Virus record (IMG/VR): IMGVR_UViG_3300044477_000110 | Coordinates: 1 to 27,427 of that record | DNA length: 27,427 nt | Source: a virus | Lineage: Duplodnaviria > Caudoviricetes | Strand: one strand, 5' to 3' | Part shown: piece after piece, positions 1 through 8,879 of the stretch | How positions within the stretch are numbered: the first letter of the stretch is position 1 | How the letters are laid out: every line of letters begins with the position of its first letter | Made by a program: the position numbers and the translations under genes | Notes under the pieces: model-generated | Seen by the model: the letters and a program-made list of their open reading frames with translations, nothing else | Told to the model about the DNA's origin: nothing | Database searches by the model: none

Positions 1-756
1 TAACAGGTTTCCAGTCATGTACTCATTGATCTGAGCAAGAGTAGATGAATACTTACCAGAGCCATTCACAAAGGCTTTAATCTTTGCAATGGTATCGGCT
101 GAATTCTTCAACTGGATCCACTGAGCATTAGACATCACTACATACTGAATAGTAATGCCCTTTTCTAATGCAGCAAGATAAACCGACTCGATATCGTCGA
201 TAGGTTTTGAGCTGGCAATGGTTGCCCATGAGGTTGTCACACCTGATTTATTGGCAGCTGGCACACCGAACGAAACGGCAGTTTCAGTAACAACACCACC
301 GGCATTGTTATTCTTATCCAAGGTTAACTCACCTTTAGATAATGCTTGAATAGCCAAGTGCTCCATACGGGCACGAACACCATTGTACACGAAATCGGTA
401 TCTTTAAATACCAGCTCAATCAATGATGTTTTATCAGCATCTCCATTTGCCTGAGTACGAAGCGTATTGTACTTATTCCAATCGCTTTCGTTCATGCTGC
501 GCTTAATACCGATTTTAGGGATGTCTCCGCTTTGCTTCGATACCACAGTGCGGGTTTTCTCTGGTGCTGATGAATCGTAACTGATAACATCGGCCATTAC
601 AGGTACACCCTTCTCTCCGGTTAGGGTCTCCCACTTTAAGGTGTCAACTCTTTCAAGATCGAAGAAGTTAGGGAACAACACCGGTTTTACTTTATTGGTG
701 GTCAACCGCGCTTTAAGCGTCTTAACATTGACCTCCTTTAACAAGGACCTTTCCAT
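1..756 (-). CDS. Major capsid protein (lambda gpE-like family), 3' end beyond the window
   Basis: Not in the ORF track. Read manually from ATG at 756: MERSLLKEVNVKTLKARL...FPNFFDLERV...PVMADVISYDSSAP...GDIPKIGIKR...ARMEHLAIQALSKG; open to position 1; follows scaffold and decoration genes. Confidence 0.85.
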   Translation of the reverse strand, partial: MERSLLKEVNVKTLKARLTTNKVKPVLFPNFFDLERVDTLKWETLTGEKGVPVMADVISYDSSAPEKTRTVVSKQSGDIPKIGIKRSMNESDWNKYNTLRTQANGDADKTSLIELVFKDTDFVYNGVRARMEHLAIQALSKGELTLDKNNNAGGVVTETAVSFGVPAANKSGVTTSWATIASSKPIDDIESVYLAALEKGITIQYVVMSNAQWIQLKNSADTIAKIKAFVNGSGKYSSTLAQINEYMTGNLL

Positions 757-775
757 TTATAGTAAGGATTTAAGG

Positions 776-1357
776 TTAGACAAAACGAATCAATGAGAGT
801 TTCTCTTTGATTCCTGCATTTAAAGGATAAGGTAGAATAGACTCCTTAACGGTTCCGCGTACCATCACCCCTACTTGTTGGTTTGCAACAGACAAGTCAA
901 CACCCGCTAAAGTGATACCAATAGGAGCGTATTTGTATGTTCCGGCACCGGCGGCAGCTGTTGCTGAGGCTTGAACCAAAACATCACCAACTGCCAATGC
1001 AACGCCAATGGTTGCGCCAACAGTTACAGCATCGTAAGATGCATTTGAAGCATCAATAGCCGTAATGGAAACCGACGCGCCAGTGAACTTATTGTTACTG
1101 ACTACATCACCAACTTTCGCTTCATGGCCTTTATAGACCTTATAAGCAGTCTCGTTATTGGCGGCAGCTTCGTAGACTTTCAACGTTTTGACTACATGCA
1201 GTAGCCCGTTTGAATCTTCCCCAACCACAGCACCAGGTTTGAGCTCATCCGTCGAAACCAGATCAGCTTTCGCAATGGTACCTCCCCCAACTTTGTCCTC
1301 AATCATATTGATGACAACGAGCGGGTTTTGATATTCTGTACTCTCTTTTACGTACAT
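776..1357 (-). CDS. Head decoration / capsid-stabilising protein
   Basis: 193 aa, Ala/Val/Gly-rich, C-terminal GVMVRGTVKESILPY; lies between scaffold and major capsid. Confidence 0.65.
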   Translation of the reverse strand: MYVKESTEYQNPLVVINMIEDKVGGGTIAKADLVSTDELKPGAVVGEDSNGLLHVVKTLKVYEAAANNETAYKVYKGHEAKVGDVVSNNKFTGASVSITAIDASNASYDAVTVGATIGVALAVGDVLVQASATAAAGAGTYKYAPIGITLAGVDLSVANQQVGVMVRGTVKESILPYPLNAGIKEKLSLIRFV

Positions 1358-1372
1358 GGTTAAACTTTTAGA

Positions 1373-2086
1373 TTACACACTTAGTTTAATAACTCCAGGC
1401 TGCACATCGTCTGGCTTAGCAACATCCTGAATAAGCTTAACAAGCTCGTCATCAGTACCAATCGGATTGCTATTACTTGGAACATACTCGCCCCGCTCAA
1501 TTGCCGCATTAATTGTCAATTGCTGCAACTCCAAACCTTCTGCTTCAAGTGATGTCACCTGATCTTCAAGCGACTTGTCGGAATTCACATCAATGCGTGA
1601 AAGCCATTTTGTCTGAAGAGCAGCAGGTAGTTTTGTTTTTGCCATCAAAAGCCTTGCTTGATCTAACTTTTGCGTTGCGTTTTGAGTGGTCACAACTCCC
1701 GTTAACATCTGTTGAAGTTTCAACAGATTTTCGTTTTGTTGTTGTAATGTAGTTTTTACCCACTCTGGGACTTCGCCCCCTTGACCTGGTACAGGGTTGG
1801 CTTGCCCCCCTGGCTGCGGATTTGGGTTCGGGTTTAAGGGTTTGCCATTTTCATCCAATCCCATCTTTTGGTAAAAGGCTTTTTGTGCGTCACTAACGCG
1901 CTTATCGCCGGTTGTCTGTAGGATTGTTGCAAATGACTTCACAAGAGGCTCGACCCCTGCAATTGCGGTTTCGAGTTGTGATTCGTCTGTGACAGTTTTG
2001 CTCAAATGTTCGGCAACACTGTCCAATACAATTGTTTGAGTTCCTTGGAATTTAGCCCTCAAAAGTTGAAGTATTCTATCTTTCAT
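1373..2086 (-). CDS. Capsid scaffolding protein
   Basis: Helical, Gln-rich, Pro/Gly/Asn linker followed by a VPEW motif; position upstream of decoration and capsid. Confidence 0.65.
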   Translation of the reverse strand: MKDRILQLLRAKFQGTQTIVLDSVAEHLSKTVTDESQLETAIAGVEPLVKSFATILQTTGDKRVSDAQKAFYQKMGLDENGKPLNPNPNPQPGGQANPVPGQGGEVPEWVKTTLQQQNENLLKLQQMLTGVVTTQNATQKLDQARLLMAKTKLPAALQTKWLSRIDVNSDKSLEDQVTSLEAEGLELQQLTINAAIERGEYVPSNSNPIGTDDELVKLIQDVAKPDDVQPGVIKLSV

Positions 2087-2108
2087 AGCACTGTGCTGTT
2101 TTGGTCAG

Positions 2109-2179
2109 CAAAGTATCAATAGTGCTATTGAGGGCAAAAGAAAGCGAAGGTTATGCTTTCACTGATTGTGGAAGTGTGA
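2109..2179 (-). promoter_or_regulatory. Putative late promoter with activator site, copy 1 (scaffold-capsid operon)
   Basis: Minus-strand TACTTTG at 2109-2115; + strand GGTTATGCTTTCAC at 2149-2162 and TCAC-N13-GTGA; same spacing as the copy at 5688-5758. Confidence 0.55.
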
Positions 2180-2183
2180 ATAA

Positions 2184-2390
2184 AACGATGAAGAGTATCA
2201 ATTTGAAATATCAGCCATTCTACATAAACTTGACGGAATTGTTTCCCGTGCTGCTATTGCCAGAGCCACTGGGATCAACGAAAAACAGATCGGTCACTAT
2301 GCTATGGGTATTCGTACCCCTCGCCCTGCACAACAACAAAAAATAATTGACGGCATTCACCGTCTGGGGCGTGAGCTTGCTTCAGTATAA
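2184..2390 (+). pseudogene. Start-less remnant of a HicB-like antitoxin (C-terminal HTH domain)
   Basis: Frame reads NDEEYQFEISAILHKLDGIVSRAAIARATGINEKQIGHYAMGIRTPRPAQQQKIIDGIHRLGRELASV*; in-frame TAA at 2181 and no ATG before the HTH; resembles Bacteroidota HicB C-termini. Confidence 0.6.
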
Positions 2391-2395
2391 TACAA

Positions 2396-2435
2396 AAACA
2401 AAGTCCGTTAAATTTTCACTTAACGGACTTTGTTT
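2396..2435. terminator. Bidirectional intrinsic terminator
   Basis: Perfect 16-bp inverted repeat AAACAAAGTCCGTTAA / TTAACGGACTTTGTTT with an 8-nt loop, between convergent ORFs. Confidence 0.8.
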
Positions 2436-2625
2436 ATTCGGTTACTTCTCCTTGTTCAATCCGAACCTGAAGTTCTAATGCTTCGTTTTCGGCTTCTATC
2501 CTGTCAGCCCATCCTGCAAGGGTACGACGCTGACGGTCCTTCTCATCTTCAGGAAGGGCGTCCCATTCTCGTTGCCGTCTATCGGCATCCTTACAATACT
2601 GATCAAAATCAACGGTTAAAGCCAT
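2434..2625 (-). CDS. Small acidic protein, candidate immunity protein for the MuF-ART toxin
   Basis: 63 aa; starts 1 nt after the MuF-ART stop; followed by a terminator. Confidence 0.5.
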   Translation of the reverse strand: MALTVDFDQYCKDADRRQREWDALPEDEKDRQRRTLAGWADRIEAENEALELQVRIEQGEVTE

Positions 2626-2626
2626 G

Positions 2627-4258
2627 TTATATTTCTTTTAAATGAAATCTGTATGTACTGTCGCTGGTTTTGGTGTATTTCACCACATCATACATTGTGT
2701 TCTTATCAAATACAACCTCTTGTTGGTTATCTCTTGCAAATTTACCATTAAATTCAGAAATATCACCCAGCGCCTTTCCTTTTTTGCTCTCTATCAAAAA
2801 TGTACACTTTGATTCTCCTTTCTTTAAACGTCTTAATTCGGTAAATTTTTCAGCAACACTTGCACTTTGGCTTCCCGACGTGAAAAACTTGTGAGTATAA
2901 GCCACTCCCATGCTGTGCGCATCCAGATAGGCCGACAATTGGACTTTATTGAGGATGGAACCTCTGTAAACGGCACCTTCAAAGTTGGGCAACTTATTAA
3001 GTCCACTGCTTAACAGTTCAGAGAATGCATCATTGAAAGTATCTGACTTACCCGTAACCAATGATTTGTTTAATCCCCTATATGCCATTGTATTGCTTCG
3101 AGTGTAATGGTGAATAGAAGATAACTCCATCCCCGTCAAATCTTTGTATTTCTGCTTATAATACGGGTCATTCATACGTGAAATGGCCGTATGTGTTGAT
3201 GGATGCCTTGCAAATATCTTTTCAGCTTCGGTATATTTTGGGGTATTGAAAAAATCTGGCGAATACGCAGGATTATCTTTAACGAAATAAGGCAGATCCT
3301 TCCAACCTCTCGCTCTTTCTTTATTGGCGACACACCATTCTTTGTAGTTATCAGGTACGCCTGTCACTCTATTTACGCTCTCTACCTCACCGTCACCACC
3401 ATTCAATACATCTTCAAGCGAACGATCAAACTCCTCATCGGTTAATTGGATACTTACAGCATAGCACCGACAATGAGGATGCCACTTCGTAAAAACAAAT
3501 TCCTTTGCATACTTACCTGCAAGTCGATCGCACATGTCATTAAACGGCTCTCCATTGAGCGTATGGTTATTTGACAATTTGATTTCTATGCCAACAACAT
3601 TGGAGTCACTTAATCTACGCTCGTGTTCACCTAGACAATAGGCTCTGTTTATTTCGGTGGAGGCCATACGGCGGGCATTTTTATACGACGACCTATATCT
3701 ACCCTGCCCTGGGTTATATGCCTTTGCGGCTTTGCTTAAATGTAGCTGACCAAATTCATCCCTAACCCTACGGAAAAGCATATCTGGATCTACAAGATAT
3801 TTCTTCATATCAGAGGCCAGCTTATTTGCACTTACACCCTGTTTGAATGCTAATTGTAGTTGCAGTTCGATTTCTACTTTAAACTGCTCTGTCATCTTCC
3901 AAACACTCTTTGACAAACGTTTTTCCAAATCGGTTATATACTTTGCAGATGCTTCAGAATACGCATTAAAGGCATTGTCTGACATCACTGCGACGGCCTT
4001 AACTCTTATCTGTTTAGACACCTCTAAGTTGTAATTATTATTAGCTGCTTCCCATGCCGCTGTGACGCCAGCCAATATATTGTTGCTAATGCTATTACCA
4101 AGCTTTGATAATTCTTCCTCTAATTGTCTTCTTAATACTGGGCTTTTGCTTAAATAAAACACTTCCGCCTCATTTCGGGTCATACGGTACAAAGCCGCAA
4201 TCCTATTGATAATGGCCTCATATGCTTTATCTATGTTGGTTAGGTGTTTACCGCTCAT
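2627..4258 (-). CDS. MuF / SPP1 gp7-like head morphogenesis protein with C-terminal ADP-ribosyltransferase domain
   Basis: MuF motifs ARRMASTEINRAY, CDRLAGKY, WHPHCRC; C-terminal ART motifs HYT..Y..LN..L, VYRG, FTSGS, QQEVVF; directly after the portal. Confidence 0.85.
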   Translation of the reverse strand: MSGKHLTNIDKAYEAIINRIAALYRMTRNEAEVFYLSKSPVLRRQLEEELSKLGNSISNNILAGVTAAWEAANNNYNLEVSKQIRVKAVAVMSDNAFNAYSEASAKYITDLEKRLSKSVWKMTEQFKVEIELQLQLAFKQGVSANKLASDMKKYLVDPDMLFRRVRDEFGQLHLSKAAKAYNPGQGRYRSSYKNARRMASTEINRAYCLGEHERRLSDSNVVGIEIKLSNNHTLNGEPFNDMCDRLAGKYAKEFVFTKWHPHCRCYAVSIQLTDEEFDRSLEDVLNGGDGEVESVNRVTGVPDNYKEWCVANKERARGWKDLPYFVKDNPAYSPDFFNTPKYTEAEKIFARHPSTHTAISRMNDPYYKQKYKDLTGMELSSIHHYTRSNTMAYRGLNKSLVTGKSDTFNDAFSELLSSGLNKLPNFEGAVYRGSILNKVQLSAYLDAHSMGVAYTHKFFTSGSQSASVAEKFTELRRLKKGESKCTFLIESKKGKALGDISEFNGKFARDNQQEVVFDKNTMYDVVKYTKTSDSTYRFHLKEI

Positions 4259-5670
4259 CAGATAGTAGGTTCAAATGCATTAGCAGTATTTTGCAAACCT
4301 GTATCTTTCTTTAAGCGTCCCATTTCAGCTTCTGTATCATTCACTAGAGGATTGTTTTCAACGGCTGTTTCTTGTGACATCACTGCTTTTCCTCCGGTTC
4401 CCGTCATCAGCATCTCCATCTCTTCTTTTTCATTGCGAGGTAAGTATGCCTTAAACACTGGTTTCAATCTCAAAATCTTTTCGGTGTCTTTGTAGCTGAT
4501 ATCAACCATGTTTCCACACATTGCTTTCATCAGGTTTAAGCGACGCTGAAACATCTCACCAAATAATTCTACTTTGTTTTCAACCTTCAGGTGAGCATCA
4601 AGAAACATTAACTTCAAAGCAATGCCAGATAAGTTGCCTAACCCTTTCATTTGAGCAAATGAGATATCAGGTGTTTGCGTGCAGGTATGAATCAATTCCT
4701 TCAGAGTTTCAATTTCAAGCTTAACGCTTTCGGGTGCATGATCCCATGACAGATATTCAGCTTTACCATTCTCACCAATCGTAATCATCTTACCTTGTTG
4801 TCCTTTTTCAGCAAAGCCATTGACTTTACCTGTAATAGCAATCATTGGTGAACCGAAATAGTCATTAGTGTCTCCAAAGTTTGAAATAAGTGACTCTAAC
4901 CGGTCAATCATTGTCTGAACAAGATACCACTCTGGATATGGTTGAGTGTAATAAATTATCGGGATCTTACCGGCAAGGTTCTTCTCATTCGTTAAAACAA
5001 CACCACTATCATTCTTCTCAAAATGGTAGATGGTGTCCTTTGTGTAGGTATCCATCTTTGTCACGGACTTGCTATCTCGCTTAATGGTGTACTCACGCGA
5101 AAAAGCAACCATATCCCCAAATTCATCATAGTATGGGAATAGTTTATTACCCTCTGATGGCTTTAATACTTTGATTTTGGGACGTATTTTAATATTGGGC
5201 TTATCCCAATACTCTTCATCTATGACCTGAAACCACAATTCAGCAACCTCACACTCAGAAAACAATGTCCGGGCAATCTCTCTATTGACTGAATCAAGCT
5301 TATTATCATCCCACAATTGCTCAACCATTGCCAACAACTCCTTTGCTTTGGCATCCTGAGTACCTGCCTGAATCCATACTGGATTACCCAACAAAAAGCC
5401 AACTGCACGTTCAACAATAAGCTTTTGCAACGGGATAGCTATTCTATTGACCTCTTCAAGCTTATCAGTATAAGTCACTTCTCCTTTAGCGTCTTTACCT
5501 GATGGTTTTTTAACGGTTTTCATTGGACGCTTGACTGCATCCATTACATCATGTTTGTTGGGATCGTACTGATTGGCTATCTCCTCCGATGAAACTTCAG
5601 ATTCCTCTTTTTCTTGGAGCTTCTTGTATGCTTCGTCTGGAGCTAGCTTAAATATTTCTTCGAGTGTCAT
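4258..5670 (-). CDS. Portal protein, SPP1 gp6-like
   Basis: 470 aa; IVERAVGFLLGNPV, GKIPIIYY, LSGIALKLMF, SQETAV; follows the large terminase. Confidence 0.9.
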   Translation of the reverse strand: MTLEEIFKLAPDEAYKKLQEKEESEVSSEEIANQYDPNKHDVMDAVKRPMKTVKKPSGKDAKGEVTYTDKLEEVNRIAIPLQKLIVERAVGFLLGNPVWIQAGTQDAKAKELLAMVEQLWDDNKLDSVNREIARTLFSECEVAELWFQVIDEEYWDKPNIKIRPKIKVLKPSEGNKLFPYYDEFGDMVAFSREYTIKRDSKSVTKMDTYTKDTIYHFEKNDSGVVLTNEKNLAGKIPIIYYTQPYPEWYLVQTMIDRLESLISNFGDTNDYFGSPMIAITGKVNGFAEKGQQGKMITIGENGKAEYLSWDHAPESVKLEIETLKELIHTCTQTPDISFAQMKGLGNLSGIALKLMFLDAHLKVENKVELFGEMFQRRLNLMKAMCGNMVDISYKDTEKILRLKPVFKAYLPRNEKEEMEMLMTGTGGKAVMSQETAVENNPLVNDTEAEMGRLKKDTGLQNTANAFEPTI

Positions 5671-5687
5671 GGCCGTGCATTTTGCGC

Positions 5688-5758
5688 CAAATTAGCCTAC
5701 ACATTAGAGCGAGTCTTAAAATTCAACGGTTATTGCTTCACCATTAAAGCAAATGTGA
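5688..5758 (-). promoter_or_regulatory. Putative late promoter with activator site, copy 2 (portal operon)
   Basis: Minus-strand TAATTTG at 5688-5694; + strand GGTTATTGCTTCAC at 5728-5741 and TCAC-N13-GTGA; same offsets as copy 1. Confidence 0.55.
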
Positions 5759-7258
5759 TTAAAAGAAAATACCACTCAAATCTTGCATTCCCTCTTCGAT
5801 TTGATCATGAGGATAGAATGTGTTTGCCAATGAGTCTGAGTAGTCGGTTGACCGTCTCAATCGTTTCTTAATTTCTTCTTTGGGTTCAATGATGATGGAT
5901 CCGTTTGATTGGAATTTCCACTTGATTTCTGTGAGCTCTTCTGTTAGCTCATCACATGGAGGTAAACAGGCGTTTTGCTCATTGATGGGATTAAGCCAGT
6001 CTCGGACCGCCCAAAACAAATAAGCTCTCATATTAGCGAACTTATAAACACCTGTCACATCACTCAAGCCATCCGCACTCTCAGAAAATTTACATGAGAA
6101 TGCGTTTTTATATCCCAACTCTTCAAGTCTGGAATAAACACCGGCCCCTTCACCTATGGTATCAATAAAAGCTTTGTTTATGGTATCTTTAAGTATGTTT
6201 GCAAGCTTACCGGCAACAAGCATGTGATCTGCTTTCCCTGCCGTTCCAACCATCTCAAACTTGTCTACATAGTTCTCATAGCGATAACAGAATATTGAAT
6301 TATCACGTCCCATACCGGCCACATCTGCTCCAATGCGAGCTGCAACCTCTTTGCGCTTTGCCTGCCTCCATCTTTCTTGCGCCAATTCAATCCAACTGAA
6401 AGGGATCAAAGTATCTTCCGATACTTCGGGAAACATCCCGCGCACTTTGATGCGGAAAAGGTCATTAGGTCGGTATAGCTTACCATCAAACTCAAAATCT
6501 CCCTTCCCTGATGTGAAATTTGACTTCTCAATTAACTGACACCAGTTATCAATCTTATCTTTCACCCATTCAAAGTCAACCTGACCTGGAATGATAATCT
6601 TTCGCTCCTTAACGTTGGGAGAACTTAAACTGTCGAGTCTGAATTTCTTCCAACGAGGTGACTTCTGAGAACTGGCAGCATAGCCGGTGGGCGTATTAGG
6701 GTTGAAGACTAAAAGTATCCTTGAATTACCCTGCAAGTTACCCTCAATAGCATTGAAGATGTTCTCATCTATACCCGATGCTTCAGTAATGACAAACATT
6801 GTATTGGCCGCGTGAAATCCAGACCATGCTTCATGATTATCTTTAGAGGCTTTAAAGCCTGTCAAGAACCATTCCTCAAAGTCGGTTCGAATATCATACC
6901 CCACCAATCGCCCAGGCAAAACCTTCGCTCTGTTCCATAGGCGGGACACCTCGGGAAACATGATATTCTTAACCTGTCGGTCTGTTGGAGCCGTTAACGC
7001 GATCTTTGTATTCTCAATCAACTCTCCTATTGAATTGAATTTAGGAGTCAGATACATGAAACAGACAGATGCAACTGCGGCAATGAAGTCTTTACCTCGC
7101 GCCGTACCTGAGCAAACTGAAACACGTGGGTACTTCTGTACCGCTGAAAGTATTTCCTGTTGTTCAGGATCCAGATTCACCTTTAAAACCTCACGGGAAA
7201 ACTTATTCCAGTCTGCCCGCCATGAATTCATAACCGATATGTGAGTAGGGTCAATCAT
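5759..7258 (-). CDS. terL: Terminase large subunit
   Basis: Q motif LDPEQQEIL, Walker A-like SGTARGKD, APTDRQ, FNP, nuclease GADVAGMGRD ... STDYSDSLA. Confidence 0.88.
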   Translation of the reverse strand: MIDPTHISVMNSWRADWNKFSREVLKVNLDPEQQEILSAVQKYPRVSVCSGTARGKDFIAAVASVCFMYLTPKFNSIGELIENTKIALTAPTDRQVKNIMFPEVSRLWNRAKVLPGRLVGYDIRTDFEEWFLTGFKASKDNHEAWSGFHAANTMFVITEASGIDENIFNAIEGNLQGNSRILLVFNPNTPTGYAASSQKSPRWKKFRLDSLSSPNVKERKIIIPGQVDFEWVKDKIDNWCQLIEKSNFTSGKGDFEFDGKLYRPNDLFRIKVRGMFPEVSEDTLIPFSWIELAQERWRQAKRKEVAARIGADVAGMGRDNSIFCYRYENYVDKFEMVGTAGKADHMLVAGKLANILKDTINKAFIDTIGEGAGVYSRLEELGYKNAFSCKFSESADGLSDVTGVYKFANMRAYLFWAVRDWLNPINEQNACLPPCDELTEELTEIKWKFQSNGSIIIEPKEEIKKRLRRSTDYSDSLANTFYPHDQIEEGMQDLSGIFF

Positions 7259-7847
7259 TTCGCTCTATTGATGCCTTCATTAAACTCATAAACAAATCGG
7301 CTCCATCCTTACCGGTTATCTCACTCTTTGCCGGTGCATTGAAACCTAACATTGTCGCTATCGCTTCAAGAGACTTCTGTTTGTCGTATGTTTTAATCCT
7401 TACCATCTCTTCAAGAATATCCTCACCGTCTTGCGTTTTCCGCTTCACTTGTTTGGTGTTGACTTCTTGAACAACAGCCTTCACTTCATCAGGCAAACTC
7501 TCAAAGTCTTTCAGTGTCTTCCATCCATCTCGAAGCAGGCCCGAGTGTGCAAATGCGATCTTTCGATGCTCCAAAAGAACAGTCAAAGCCGAAATACCCG
7601 CAGTTTCTGCTAAGTTATTCTGCATCACTTTAATTCGCTCTTGAATTTTAGGTTTTTTCAAATTCTCAAATCCAATGGCACCAACTGTTTTCGGACTATA
7701 CCCTGCTGCAAGTGCTGCTTTGGATGCATTGAAGCCATTAGCAAGGTACTCGTAACAAAACCTCTCTTCCTTCGGAGATAACCTGTCTTTCTTCGGGCTT
7801 GGTAGATTTTCTTTCGAGCTTAGCTTCTTTTTCTTCTTGGATTCCAT
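7251..7847 (-). CDS. terS: Terminase small subunit
   Basis: LSPKEERFCYEYL..NASKAALAAGYSPKT...ENLKKPKIQ; C-terminal EITGKDG. Confidence 0.9.
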   Translation of the reverse strand: MESKKKKKLSSKENLPSPKKDRLSPKEERFCYEYLANGFNASKAALAAGYSPKTVGAIGFENLKKPKIQERIKVMQNNLAETAGISALTVLLEHRKIAFAHSGLLRDGWKTLKDFESLPDEVKAVVQEVNTKQVKRKTQDGEDILEEMVRIKTYDKQKSLEAIATMLGFNAPAKSEITGKDGADLFMSLMKASIERND

Positions 7848-8259
7848 CTAACTCTGATTTAACAATTCCGTGAATGTAGTCAACCTCATTTCTGAAGGCT
7901 TTATATGCTTTCATATATGTTCTCACACTTGATAAAATGTGAGATATTTGTGTCTCATGACAGTTGAGCAAACAGGCCATCTTCTTTCTCAACCCTCTTC
8001 TAAGGGTTACTCGATACTCGAAATAGGCAGGGTCGAACACCTTTACAAATACTGCAACGAATAACGCTCGTGTGTTACTCTTGTCATTATCTGGTAGGTT
8101 CATGTGAAATACACCTTTGATAGAGCAAAAAAGGGTGTAAACACTTAACATCTGAAGATTGTCAAGAATTGGGTCACTATACCTCAACTCTTCGGCAATA
8201 CGTGGGTAGCGATCTACCAACCTCTGATAGATCTCTTTGTAGTTTATTTCTTCGGGCAT
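7738..8259 (-). CDS. Hypothetical protein, possible late-gene regulator
   Basis: 173 aa with an HTH-like segment RKKMACLLNCHETQISHIL; directly upstream of and overlapping terS. Confidence 0.5.
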   Translation of the reverse strand: MPEEINYKEIYQRLVDRYPRIAEELRYSDPILDNLQMLSVYTLFCSIKGVFHMNLPDNDKSNTRALFVAVFVKVFDPAYFEYRVTLRRGLRKKMACLLNCHETQISHILSSVRTYMKAYKAFRNEVDYIHGIVKSELDGIQEEKEAKLERKSTKPEERQVISEGREVLLRVPC

Positions 8260-8288
8260 TATGTGGAATGGTTTATATTAGAATTGAA

Positions 8289-8879
8289 TTATTGCCTCAA
8301 GCTATCTCCTTCAAACCTCACTATTCGGCACAACCTATTTATCCGGTCCATGGTTCGCTCTCCATATCGTTCAAGCAACTGAGGCCCTTTTAAGTTGGTT
8401 GTAATGAATAGGGGAGCAATGCGAGCTTCGGCGGCATTGATGATGGTATTAAAACCTTCATACTTATCACCATAATTCGGCACCATAGGTTCCACTCCCA
8501 ACTCATCAATACACACGGCCCATGAGTTTGCTATCTGACTTGCCTTAGTGGGGATATCATCAGCATGATAATGTCTCAGAACTAATCCTAAATGCTGCAT
8601 CATCATCACCGGCAACACTCCGGTTAAGATGGTTGATTTCCCTCTACCACATGCCCCTTGCAGGAATAATCCTTTCCCCTTGCTATCGGTCATCCAATCA
8701 ATTATCTCTTCGTATTCTGGCAGATGCTTGTACTCTTTGACGCTTCCATCAACGGCCATGAATATTTCTCGGAACATAGTTCTGTTTTGATCATGGTTTC
8801 CAAACCAGAATTTATATGCTCTTCTGCGAGTTTCTACCTTTTGCTTTTTAAGTGCTGCTATCGCTTGCTTAAGTTCCAT
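8289..8879 (-). CDS. AAA+ ATPase, DnaC/IstB-like helicase loader
   Basis: Walker A GACGRGKS, Walker B CIDELGVE, FITTNL, ERYGERTMDRI; coupled to the initiator gene. Confidence 0.85.
   Translation of the reverse strand: MELKQAIAALKKQKVETRRRAYKFWFGNHDQNRTMFREIFMAVDGSVKEYKHLPEYEEIIDWMTDSKGKGLFLQGACGRGKSTILTGVLPVMMMQHLGLVLRHYHADDIPTKASQIANSWAVCIDELGVEPMVPNYGDKYEGFNTIINAAEARIAPLFITTNLKGPQLLERYGERTMDRINRLCRIVRFEGDSLRQ

Noticed and set aside
2101-2346. 81-aa + strand ORF from the track
   Set aside because: It overlaps the late promoter; the protein-like signal is in a different frame (HicB-like remnant 2184-2390)
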